The notes beneath the pieces were generated by a model. The model made no database searches. It was not told the origin of the DNA and saw only the letters and a program-made list of their open reading frames with translations. This document shows positions 47,744 through 55,924 of a stretch of DNA of 64,000 nucleotides, in pieces. A program made the translations under genes and the position numbers. The DNA is taken from positions 1-64,000 of the forward strand of contig JANPEF010000024.1 in the NCBI GenBank assembly GCA_031431875.1, read 5' to 3'. How positions within the stretch are numbered: the stretch's first letter is position 1; each line of letters begins with the position of its first letter. This DNA comes from Candidatus Eiseniibacteriota bacterium. Lineage in GTDB: Bacteria > Eisenbacteria > RBG-16-71-46 > DASYSL01.

Positions 47744-48652
47744 ATGAATTCCTTCCGCATGAGCACGCTGCTGCTCTTGATCGTTGCCGGGATCCTGCTC
47801 CCCTCCGGGGTAGCGCACGCGAAGCTCAAGGTCGGCGCGTCGACGACCGACCTCGCCTCGATCGCCGCCAGCGTCGGCGGCGACCAGGTCGAGGTCTTCA
47901 CCATCGCGCGCTCGACCAACGACGTGCACCGCGTCGAGGTCCTGCCCTCGTACATGGTCCAGGTCTCGCGCGCGAACCTGTACCTCAAGGTCGGGCTTGG
48001 CCTCGACCGGTGGGCCGACGGCATCATCGACGGCTCGCGCAACTCGAAGCTCCAGGTGCTCGATTGCAGCCGCGGCGTCCCCGTCCTCGACAAGCCGGCG
48101 TCCGTGAGCGCCGCGATGGGCGACGTGCATCCGTACGGCAATCCGCACTACTGGCTCGATCCGCGCAACGGCGCGATCGTGGCGGGCACCATCGGCGAGC
48201 AACTGGCGAAGATGGATCCGCCGCACGCGGCCGACTACCGAGCGCGCGCACAGGCGTTCGCGAAGCAGGTCGACGAGACGTTCGCCCGGGACAGGGCGAT
48301 CGCCGCAGCGCTGCCCAACCGCACGATTCTCACGTACCACGCGTCGTGGGTGTACCTCGCGCACGCGTTCGACCTCGACATCGCGGCGACGGCCGAGCCG
48401 GTGCCGGGCATTCCGCCGACGGGCAAGCACCTGCAGGAGCTGGTGGCGATCGCGAAAGGGCGGAAGATCCAGGTGTTCCTGCAGGAGCCGTACTTTTCGG
48501 AGGAGGCGGGCAAGTTCCTCACGCGCCAGGCCGGGGTGCGCGTGGTGAAGGCGTCGCCGTCGTGCGACAGCGCGGTCGCGGGCAGCTACCTCGCGCACTT
48601 CGACACGATCCTCGGCCAGATCGCCGGAGCGCGGGCGGGAGGGAAACCATGA
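47744..48652 (+). CDS. Zn/Mn ABC transporter substrate-binding protein (ZnuA/TroA family)
   Basis: DVHRVE, DVHPYGNPHYWLDP, TYHASW, EPVPGIPP. Confidence 0.92.
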   Translation: MNSFRMSTLLLLIVAGILLPSGVAHAKLKVGASTTDLASIAASVGGDQVEVFTIARSTNDVHRVEVLPSYMVQVSRANLYLKVGLGLDRWADGIIDGSRNSKLQVLDCSRGVPVLDKPASVSAAMGDVHPYGNPHYWLDPRNGAIVAGTIGEQLAKMDPPHAADYRARAQAFAKQVDETFARDRAIAAALPNRTILTYHASWVYLAHAFDLDIAATAEPVPGIPPTGKHLQELVAIAKGRKIQVFLQEPYFSEEAGKFLTRQAGVRVVKASPSCDSAVAGSYLAHFDTILGQIAGARAGGKP

Positions 48653-49497
48653 ACGCCGCGCTCGCCCTGCCGTTCTTCTGGACCGCGCTGCTGGCGAGCC
48701 TGGTCCTCGCCGGGATCCACGCCTACCTGGGTTTCCACATCGTGCGTCGCGGCGTCCTGTTCGTCGACCTGGCGCTGGCGCAAATGGCCTCGCTCGGCGT
48801 CGCGCTGTCGCTGGTGATCAGCGCCCACGAGGACGAGCGGCTGACGTACTTTCTCGCGCTCGGCATGACGTTTGTCGGCGCGGCGGTGTTCGCCTGGCTG
48901 CGCGGGCAGGAGCGGCGCAACGTTCCGCTTGAAGCGTTCATCGGCATCGTGTTCGCCACCGCGCAGGCCGCGGTATTCCTCGTGCTCGAGAAGTCGCCCT
49001 CCGGCCCCGAGCACCTGAAGGAGGCGCTGGTCGGCAGCCTGTACACCGTCGACCCGCGGCACGTGCTGAACACCGCGATCCTGTACGCGGTGATCGGCGT
49101 CGCCCACTTCCTGCTGCGCAAGCCCTTCTTCGAGATCACGAACGACCCGCACGGCGCCGCGTTGCGCGGCCGCCGGCTGTTCTGGTGGGACCTGGCCTTC
49201 TACGCGATGTTCGGTTTCGTCGTCACTTCGAGCGTGCAGATCGCGGGCGTCCTGCTGGTCTTCGGCTTCCTCGTCATTCCGGCGGTGGCCGGGCTGATGG
49301 CGAGTGCGAAGACAGGGCCCGCGCTCGCGATCGGCTGGGCGTTCGGCGTCGCGGGCAGTCTCGTCGGGTTGCTGCTGGCGATCCAGTACGACCTGCCGGC
49401 GGCGCCGAGCATTCTCGTGTCGCTGACAGGGCTCCTGATCCTGCTCGGGATGGGACTCGGCGCGGCGCAGGCCATGCGCAGGCCTGTGCCGGGATAG
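48649..49497 (+). CDS. Zn/Mn ABC transporter permease (ZnuB-like)
   Basis: LGFHIVRRGVLFVDLALAQ, EAFIGIVF, GVLLVFGFLVIPA. Confidence 0.9.
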   Translation: MNAALALPFFWTALLASLVLAGIHAYLGFHIVRRGVLFVDLALAQMASLGVALSLVISAHEDERLTYFLALGMTFVGAAVFAWLRGQERRNVPLEAFIGIVFATAQAAVFLVLEKSPSGPEHLKEALVGSLYTVDPRHVLNTAILYAVIGVAHFLLRKPFFEITNDPHGAALRGRRLFWWDLAFYAMFGFVVTSSVQIAGVLLVFGFLVIPAVAGLMASAKTGPALAIGWAFGVAGSLVGLLLAIQYDLPAAPSILVSLTGLLILLGMGLGAAQAMRRPVPG

Positions 49498-49711
49498 GCG
49501 TGCGGCTGCCCCGCACCCGGAGAATGGCCGGAGACTCGCCATCGGTGGACAACTGCCGCGCGCTTGCGCCGGGCGCCTGCTTCGCGCACCTGCAGGCGGT
49601 GACGGGAGCGGGGACGGTGTACGATCGCACCGTGCGGGTGACCCTCGTGCGCTGAAGCAGCCTGGGGGCACTTCGCGATGTGGGGAGTCGAAGCGCAAGG
49701 AGGCACACAGA

Positions 49712-50146
49712 ATGAAGTGGGTGACGCGAGAGAACGTCCATGTCGACCGGGTGGCCTGTCCGTGGTTGATCCGACGCTTTGTCGACTCGGAGGCCGAGTT
49801 CCTGTTCGTCCCGGCCGACCAGGTGATGGCGGTCGCGGAGCGCGAGGGGGCGACACCCTACGACGTCAAGGGTGTCGAGCTGGGCCACCACGGCAAGGAG
49901 TGCTCGTTCGACGCAATCGTCAAGAAGTACGATCTCGGGAAGCAGCCGGGGATGGAGCTCCTCGCGCGCATCGTCAACGGAGCCGACACCGACAACTCCC
50001 TGTGGAACCAGCCCGAGGCCGCGGGGCTCCGGGCGATCGCCGAAGGATTCCGGCATCTCGGCTATGCGAACGATCACGAGGTGAACGCCGCGCAGTGGGT
50101 CGTGTATGACGCGCTGCTGGCCTATTGCCGCACGAGGGTGGGCTGA
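49712..50146 (+). CDS. Chromate-resistance ChrB C-terminal-domain protein
   Basis: MKWVTRE..VDRVACPWLIRRFVD, HHGKECSFDAI, YDAL. Confidence 0.88.
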   Translation: MKWVTRENVHVDRVACPWLIRRFVDSEAEFLFVPADQVMAVAEREGATPYDVKGVELGHHGKECSFDAIVKKYDLGKQPGMELLARIVNGADTDNSLWNQPEAAGLRAIAEGFRHLGYANDHEVNAAQWVVYDALLAYCRTRVG

Positions 50147-50183
50147 TCGTGCAGCGGTGTGATGGCCTTGCGGAGAGCGCGCC

Positions 50184-50363
50184 ATGTGCCAACGGGTGAA
50201 CTGTGCGCGGTGCGGGCGGCCCTCGTACGTGGGCTGCGGGCGGCACGTGGAACAGGTGTTGGGCGCGGTTCCCGTCGCCGAGCGGTGTCGTTGCCGCGAG
50301 GATGCGGCGAAGGATCCTGCCCGAGCACGTCGCTCGTGGTTCCGCGAGCTCTTCGGGAAGTGA
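50184..50363 (+). CDS. 59-aa Cys-rich probable metal-binding protein (MCQRVNCARCGRPSYVGCGRHVEQVLGAVPVAERCRC...)
   Basis: GGAGAG RBS; six Cys plus His in C-x4-CxxC-x7-CGxH-x13-CxC; below ORF-track cutoff. Confidence 0.75.
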   Translation: MCQRVNCARCGRPSYVGCGRHVEQVLGAVPVAERCRCREDAAKDPARARRSWFRELFGK

Positions 50364-50367
50364 GGGC

Positions 50368-50421
50368 CTGATCACGCTGCTGTGCGACACGGGCCTCAAG
50401 TACCTGAGCACGGACCTGCTC
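50368..50421 (+). pseudogene. Remnant resembling the C-terminus of a cysteine synthase
   Basis: Reads LITLLCDTGLKYLSTDLL, matching the conserved (V/I)TxxxDxGxKYLST tail; no upstream body. Confidence 0.55.
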
Positions 50422-50934
50422 CTACCGGGCCGAGCGCAACCACCCGATCGCCAGCAACATCGCAAGCGTCCCGCCGACGATCATGGCCTGCGCCTTCCAC
50501 GGCTGGCCCTTCATGAGCCAGAACGGCATGGAGAGCGTCAACGCGGCCGGGAACGCCATCGCAAGCAGGCTCTCCACCATCGTGGGCGGGAGCCACCCCC
50601 CGCGCTTCGCCGCGCCGCCCAGGACGGAAAACAGGAGCGACGTCCCGATCATCACGGCCGCACCGATCAATCCGTCGCGCTTGGTCGCCCGCATCGAGTT
50701 CTTCTCACCGGCCAGCAGGGATTGGAGCATCGTCGATCCTCCTTGGGTTGCGCCGACTCCGACCGCGTGCTGCACGTCGGAGGACAGCCGTGCATCGATC
50801 GCACCCGAGACCACGTCGATCAGCTGCTGCACCGTGAGATCGTCGTCTCCCAGGATGGCGAGGAACTCCTCGCCGTAGCGGGCACGCCACGCGCGGGGAT
50901 ACAGGCGGATCATCGTTGCGGCGCGCAGTCTCAT
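50422..50934 (-). CDS. PadR-associated membrane protein
   Basis: LYPRAWRARYGEEF N-terminal motif, three TM segments; ATGA overlap with PadR. Confidence 0.8.
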   Translation of the reverse strand: MRLRAATMIRLYPRAWRARYGEEFLAILGDDDLTVQQLIDVVSGAIDARLSSDVQHAVGVGATQGGSTMLQSLLAGEKNSMRATKRDGLIGAAVMIGTSLLFSVLGGAAKRGGWLPPTMVESLLAMAFPAALTLSMPFWLMKGQPWKAQAMIVGGTLAMLLAIGWLRSAR

Positions 50935-51257
50935 CGGCCCGCCAGCCGTACCTGGCCGACGCGGGCGACCGTGCGCAGGCTCTCGAGCCGGGCGTGGAGC
51001 ACGCGCTTGCCCACCGCGGTGATCTTGTACGGCCGGCGCCGCTCCTCGGCCGGCAGCGCTTCGATCCACTTGCGTGCCTCGAGCCGCGCAATCGCTCCAT
51101 AGAGCGTGCCCGGGCCGAGGGCCTGGCCCGAGACCGCCGCGATGTCCTGCGTCATCGCGTAGCCGTGCTTGGGGCCCTCGGCGAGCGAGATCAGGATGTA
51201 GAGGGCGGGCTCGGAGAAGCGGCCCAGGCCCTCGATGCGTTCGTCGTGGTTCGTCAT
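50931..51257 (-). CDS. PadR-family transcriptional regulator (short)
   Basis: ILISLAEGPKHGY, GPGTLYGAIARL, RRPYKIT. Confidence 0.92.
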   Translation of the reverse strand: MTNHDERIEGLGRFSEPALYILISLAEGPKHGYAMTQDIAAVSGQALGPGTLYGAIARLEARKWIEALPAEERRRPYKITAVGKRVLHARLESLRTVARVGQVRLAGR

Positions 51258-51263
51258 GGGCAG

Positions 51264-51294
51264 GACACTACTACGCGGGACGTAGTAGTGTCAA
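51264..51294 (-). promoter_or_regulatory. Promoter overlapped by perfect 12-bp inverted repeat (probable PadR operator)
   Basis: GACACTACTACG-N5-CGTAGTAGTGTC; minus strand reads TTGACA-N18-TAGTGT 7 bp before ATG. Confidence 0.75.
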
Positions 51295-51371
51295 GATGTG
51301 CAAGACGACTGGCCCCGGGGCCAGTTGATTTGCCCGTCCACCGACTGCGAAGAATCGCTAGGATGCCCGCC

Positions 51372-53039
51372 ATGCGTGCCCTCGCTCCGTGGATCCGCGG
51401 CTATCGACCCGAATGGCTGGGTCCCGACGTGCTGGCGGGCGTCTCGGTGGCGGCAGTCGCCATCCCGATCGCCATCGCCTACTCGAAGCTGGCGGGTGTG
51501 CCGCCGGTGTACGGCCTCTATGCGAGCCTCCTGCCGCCGATCGCCTACGCGCTCCTGGGCACGTCGCGCCAGCTGATCCTCGCTCCCGACAGCGCGACGT
51601 GCGCGATCGTCGCGGCCGTCGTGCTGCCGCTGGCGGGCGGCGACCTGGGTCGCACTGTCACGCTCACCGCGGCGCTCGCCATGATCACCGGCGTCTTCTG
51701 CATTGTGGCCGGCCTCGCGCGCCTGGGTTTCCTCACCAACTTTCTCGCGCGGCCGATCCTCGTCGGCTACCTCAACGGCATCGCGTTGAGCATCATCGTG
51801 GGTCAACTCGGCTCGCTGTGCGGGTTCGCGCTGGCACGGGGCGGAATCTTCCGCCAGCTCTGGCAGTTCGGGTCGTCGCTCGGGATGTCACACGGGCCGA
51901 CGGTCGGCCTCGGGCTCACGACGCTCGCATTGCTCTTCCTGCTCGGGCGCATCGCGCCGAAGGCGCCCGGCCCGCTGGTCGCCGTGACGCTCGGCATCGT
52001 CGCCTCGCAGGTCTTCGGCTTCGCCGGGTACGGCATCGCGCTGGTCGGCGCCATTCCCGCAGGGCTCCCGACGCCGTGGATCCCGCCGATCACGGCGGCG
52101 GACTGGTCCCCGCTGGCGATGGGGGCACTCGGGCTCGCGCTCATCAGTTACAACAGCGCGATGGTCACCGCCCGTGGCTTCGCGGTGAAGAACCACTACG
52201 ACCTCGACTCGAACCGCGAGTTCATCGCGCTCGGTGTGGCCAACATCGGGGCCGGTCTGCTCCGGGGCTACGCCGTCAGCGGGGCGGACTCGCGCACCGC
52301 CGTGAACGACGCGATGGGCGGGAAGACGCAGCTCACGGGGCTGGTGGCGGCCGGCGTCATCGCGCTCACGCTCCTGTTCCTCACGGGTGCGCTCGAGACC
52401 CTGCCGGTCGTCGTGCTCGCGGCGGTGCTGATCAAGGCGGCGGCGGGGCTGATCGACGTGAAGAGCCTGAAGGCGCTACGCCGTGTCAGCCTGCCCGAGT
52501 TCCGCGTCAGCCTGCTGACGCTGCTCGGCGTCGTCACGCTCGGCGTCCTGCCCGGGGTCGTGATCGCGATCGGCTGCGCGATGCTGCTGCTGCTGTACCG
52601 CACGGCCAGTCCGCACGACGCCGTCCTCGGGCGGGTCGCCGACTCTGGCGAGTTCCACGACGTCGCGCGCACGGCCGGGGCCCAGCCGCTCCCGGGGCTG
52701 CTCCTCTACCGGCTCGATGCGCCGCTTCTCTTCATCAACGCAGATCACTTCAAGGCGCGGGTGCGCGCGGTGATCGCCGAGGCACCGACGCTGCCGCGCT
52801 TCTTCGTGCTCGTGGCGGAGTCGATGCCGTTGGTCGACACGACCGGTGCCGCCACGCTTGCCGAGACCTGCGATGAACTTGCGGCAGCCGGCGTGACGCT
52901 GGCCGTGGCCGGCGCACACGCCCCGGTTCGTGCGATCCTCGATCGCACGGGGTTCACGGAGCGCATCGGGGCCGATCGCATCTATCCGACGCTCGCGCAG
53001 GCGGTCGCGACGCTGTCGGTGGAGTCGGAACGGTCCTGA
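51372..53039 (+). CDS. SulP-family anion transporter with STAS domain
   Basis: DVLAGVSV..IPIAIAY, PPVYGLYA, SGADSRT, APLLFINA, DTTGA. Confidence 0.93.
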   Translation: MRALAPWIRGYRPEWLGPDVLAGVSVAAVAIPIAIAYSKLAGVPPVYGLYASLLPPIAYALLGTSRQLILAPDSATCAIVAAVVLPLAGGDLGRTVTLTAALAMITGVFCIVAGLARLGFLTNFLARPILVGYLNGIALSIIVGQLGSLCGFALARGGIFRQLWQFGSSLGMSHGPTVGLGLTTLALLFLLGRIAPKAPGPLVAVTLGIVASQVFGFAGYGIALVGAIPAGLPTPWIPPITAADWSPLAMGALGLALISYNSAMVTARGFAVKNHYDLDSNREFIALGVANIGAGLLRGYAVSGADSRTAVNDAMGGKTQLTGLVAAGVIALTLLFLTGALETLPVVVLAAVLIKAAAGLIDVKSLKALRRVSLPEFRVSLLTLLGVVTLGVLPGVVIAIGCAMLLLLYRTASPHDAVLGRVADSGEFHDVARTAGAQPLPGLLLYRLDAPLLFINADHFKARVRAVIAEAPTLPRFFVLVAESMPLVDTTGAATLAETCDELAAAGVTLAVAGAHAPVRAILDRTGFTERIGADRIYPTLAQAVATLSVESERS

Positions 53040-53052
53040 GGAAGGAGATCCA

Positions 53053-53967
53053 ATGAAGTCCTGGAACGAAGGTGCAGCGAAGCAGTCCATCCTCGATTTC
53101 GTGAAGCGCGTGACCACGGCCGGCGGCCCGGACTTCGTGTCGGCCCCCGAGCGCATCGCGGTGTTCGACAACGACGGAACCCTGTGGGCCGAGTCCCCGT
53201 TCTACTTCCAGGGATTGTTTATCATCGACCGTGTGCGCGCACTGGCCGCCGGGCACCCGGAGTGGAAGACCACGCAGCCTTACCAGGCCGTGCTCGAGAA
53301 CGACACGGCGACGCTGGCCCAGGGCGGCGAGGCGGCGCTCGTGGAGCTGGCCATGGCCACGCACGCCGGGGTCACGACCGAGGAGTTCGCGACCATCGTC
53401 ACCGACTGGCTCGCGACGGCCCGGCACCCCCGTTTCAAGCGGCCCTACACCGAAGTCGTCTACCAGCCGATGCTCGAGCTGCTGGACTACCTGCGCGCGA
53501 ACGGCTTCAAGACCTTCATCGTCTCCGGCGGCGGCATCGAGTTCATCCGCACGTTCAGCGAGCGCGTGTACGGGATTCCGGCGGAGCAGGTCCTCGGCAG
53601 CACGATCGAGACGAAGTACGTGGTGAAGGAAGGAAGGCCGGTCCTGGTGCGCGAGGCGAAGGTCGACTTCATCGACGACAAGGAAGGCAAGCCCGTCGGC
53701 ATCAACCGCTTCATCGGCCGCCGCCCGATTGCCGCGTTCGGGAACTCCGACGGCGACTTCGCGATGCTCGAGTGGGCGATGGCCGGTCCGGGACCGCGCC
53801 TCGCTGTGATCGTTCATCACGACGACGCCGAGCGGGAGTACGCGTACGACCGCGGCTCCATGGTCGGCAAGCTCGAACGCGGGCTCGACGAAGCGGAGGG
53901 CCGCGGCTGGACCGTGGTCGGGATGAAGCAGGACTGGAAGCGCGTGTTTCCGTTCGATCAGGAGTAG
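53053..53967 (+). CDS. HAD-superfamily hydrolase
   Basis: FDNDGTLW, IVSGG, K, FGNSDGD, HDDAEREYAYD. Confidence 0.92.
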   Translation: MKSWNEGAAKQSILDFVKRVTTAGGPDFVSAPERIAVFDNDGTLWAESPFYFQGLFIIDRVRALAAGHPEWKTTQPYQAVLENDTATLAQGGEAALVELAMATHAGVTTEEFATIVTDWLATARHPRFKRPYTEVVYQPMLELLDYLRANGFKTFIVSGGGIEFIRTFSERVYGIPAEQVLGSTIETKYVVKEGRPVLVREAKVDFIDDKEGKPVGINRFIGRRPIAAFGNSDGDFAMLEWAMAGPGPRLAVIVHHDDAEREYAYDRGSMVGKLERGLDEAEGRGWTVVGMKQDWKRVFPFDQE

Positions 53968-54061
53968 CGGACCGGCGCAGGGTGCCATCGGTCGCAGCGG
54001 CCGGGGGTCGCCCGGCCTTTTCGCTGGACCGGACGCGGCAAGAGCCTATGATTCCCGGGCC

Positions 54062-55069
54062 ATGAAAACCCTGCGCTATCCCTCGGCCCTCGTCCTCCTG
54101 TTCTCCGTCGCCGCCCTCGAAGCTCGCGCCGGTGAACTAACTGTCAGCCCCACGCTCGTCGACTTCGGGCAGGTGGCGATCTTCGGTCCGCCCGCCTCGA
54201 CCGTCATCACCCTCACGAACACGGGTACGGACACCTTCGTGAGCGGGCTGCTCTCGGGCGGGTGCAATTCGATCGGGACGTTCGCACCATTTCCGGCGCT
54301 CCTCGGAAACGGCCAATCCATGCAGATCCAGGTTTCGTTCGACCCGATCCTGCGGGGCCCCACAGGCTGCTTCTTCACGGTCCAGGACAACGACCCGAAT
54401 GTGGACTCGTTCCAGGTCACCGGCGTCGGCACGGCGCCGGCGGTGGACATCCTCTTCCCGCCGTTTCCGCAGGCTCTCCTCTTCGCCGACCAGCCGTGGG
54501 ACGGTGGCACGGCGCAGATGCTCGCGGTCCAGTTCGAGAACGTGGGGAACCAGCCCATCCAGCAGGCGGACTTCTTCGCCGACCTGGACTTCGGCGACGA
54601 CTTCTCGGTCGAGCTTCCGGACTTTCCGATCCCGGCCGGCGCATCCGCCGCAGTTCTCGTCACGTTCGATCCCGCGAGCGAGGGACTGAAGCTCGACCAG
54701 CTCCACCTCGGCTTGCACAACGGCATCCCGAACGAGATCCCGGCCACCGTGACCGTCCAGGGGTTCGGATCGAACACGACCGGCGTGGAGCCGCTCGCCG
54801 GTCCGATCGGCCTGCAGCTCCTGGGCCGCAATCCCGTCAATGAGACGACGCGTCTCGCCTACGCGATTCCCGGCGCGGGTCGCGTGAAGCTCGGCGTGTT
54901 CGACATGGCCGGCCGCCTCGTGCGTCTGCTCGTCGATCGCACCGAGGACGCGGGACGGCACGAGGTGGCGTGGTCGCGCGGATCGGCGTTGCCGTCGGGC
55001 GTCTACGCGGTGCGGTTCTCGTTCGAGGGCCGCGTGCTGGGCGTGAAGCGGGTGGTCGTGCTGAAGTAG
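54062..55069 (+). CDS. Secreted protein with two ASH/choice-of-anchor-D-like Ig domains and T9SS-A/FlgD-like C-terminus
   Basis: VDFGQV..ITLTNTG..VSFDP repeated; C-terminal VFDMAGRLVR..PSGVYAVR..KRVVVLK. Confidence 0.8.
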   Translation: MKTLRYPSALVLLFSVAALEARAGELTVSPTLVDFGQVAIFGPPASTVITLTNTGTDTFVSGLLSGGCNSIGTFAPFPALLGNGQSMQIQVSFDPILRGPTGCFFTVQDNDPNVDSFQVTGVGTAPAVDILFPPFPQALLFADQPWDGGTAQMLAVQFENVGNQPIQQADFFADLDFGDDFSVELPDFPIPAGASAAVLVTFDPASEGLKLDQLHLGLHNGIPNEIPATVTVQGFGSNTTGVEPLAGPIGLQLLGRNPVNETTRLAYAIPGAGRVKLGVFDMAGRLVRLLVDRTEDAGRHEVAWSRGSALPSGVYAVRFSFEGRVLGVKRVVVLK

Positions 55070-55101
55070 GTCGCGCGCGCCAGTTGATCCCGGAGGCTGC
55101 C

Positions 55102-55869
55102 ATGACCCGTCCCTGGCGAATCGCCCTTCTCCTCGGCCTGTTCCTTCCGCCGCATGCGGAGGCGACGACGATCGGACCCGTGACCAATCCCGCCAACGGT
55201 CATGCCTACTATGTCACCCACGACCTGCTGACCTGGGCGGCCGGCGAGGCCTGGGCCACCGGCCTCGGCGGCCACCTGGTCACCATCAACGACGCCGCGG
55301 AGAACGCCTGGATCCTCGGCAACTTCGCGCTCGAGAACGATTGGTACTGGACCGGGGGAAGCGACGCCGCAGTCGAAGAGACGTTCGCGTGGGTCTCGGG
55401 AGACCCGTGGGCCTACAGCAACTGGACTCCGGGCGAGCCCGACGACGACGCGGGGATCGGCGGGGGTGGCGACTTCGTTGTGATCTTCCGAAAGACGGGC
55501 CAGTGGCTCGACACCCGGGGCGAGATTCCGCTCGCGGGCGCGATCGCCGAAGTCCCGACGCCGACCGGCGTGGACCGGCGTGCAGTCGACGAAAGCGCAG
55601 GCGCACTGGAGCTGAGCGCCGTCGCGTTGCAGGCCGAGGTACGCGTGCGTCTCGGCCTGCCCCGGGAGACGCGCGTGCAACTGGTCGTGTTCGATGTCCG
55701 CGGCCGCCCGGTCCGGACGTTGCACGACGGAGTGCTGGGCGCAGGAAATCACGACTTCCGCTGGGACGAAACCGATCAGGCGGGGCATCGGGTCGGCAGC
55801 GGGCTCTACTTCGTCTCCGTCCGCGCCGAGGGGATTCGGCGCACGGCCCGCGTGGCGGTCGCGCGCTAG
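55102..55869 (+). CDS. Secreted C-type lectin-like protein with FlgD-like C-terminus
   Basis: NGHAYY, GGHLVTINDAAEN, YSNWTPGEPD, QWLD; VFDVRGRPVRTL..WD..GSGLYFV. Confidence 0.85.
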   Translation: MTRPWRIALLLGLFLPPHAEATTIGPVTNPANGHAYYVTHDLLTWAAGEAWATGLGGHLVTINDAAENAWILGNFALENDWYWTGGSDAAVEETFAWVSGDPWAYSNWTPGEPDDDAGIGGGGDFVVIFRKTGQWLDTRGEIPLAGAIAEVPTPTGVDRRAVDESAGALELSAVALQAEVRVRLGLPRETRVQLVVFDVRGRPVRTLHDGVLGAGNHDFRWDETDQAGHRVGSGLYFVSVRAEGIRRTARVAVAR

Positions 55870-55924
55870 TTCGCGCGTCGCATGGGGCGCGGCGACTTGC
55901 GCCGGCACAGGTTGCATGAGTCTC

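Noticed and set aside
49500..49710. Fluoride or metal riboswitch, or small ORF, upstream of the ChrB-domain gene
   Set aside because: Only partial resemblance; consensus elements not found and no convincing RBS; needs an Infernal scan
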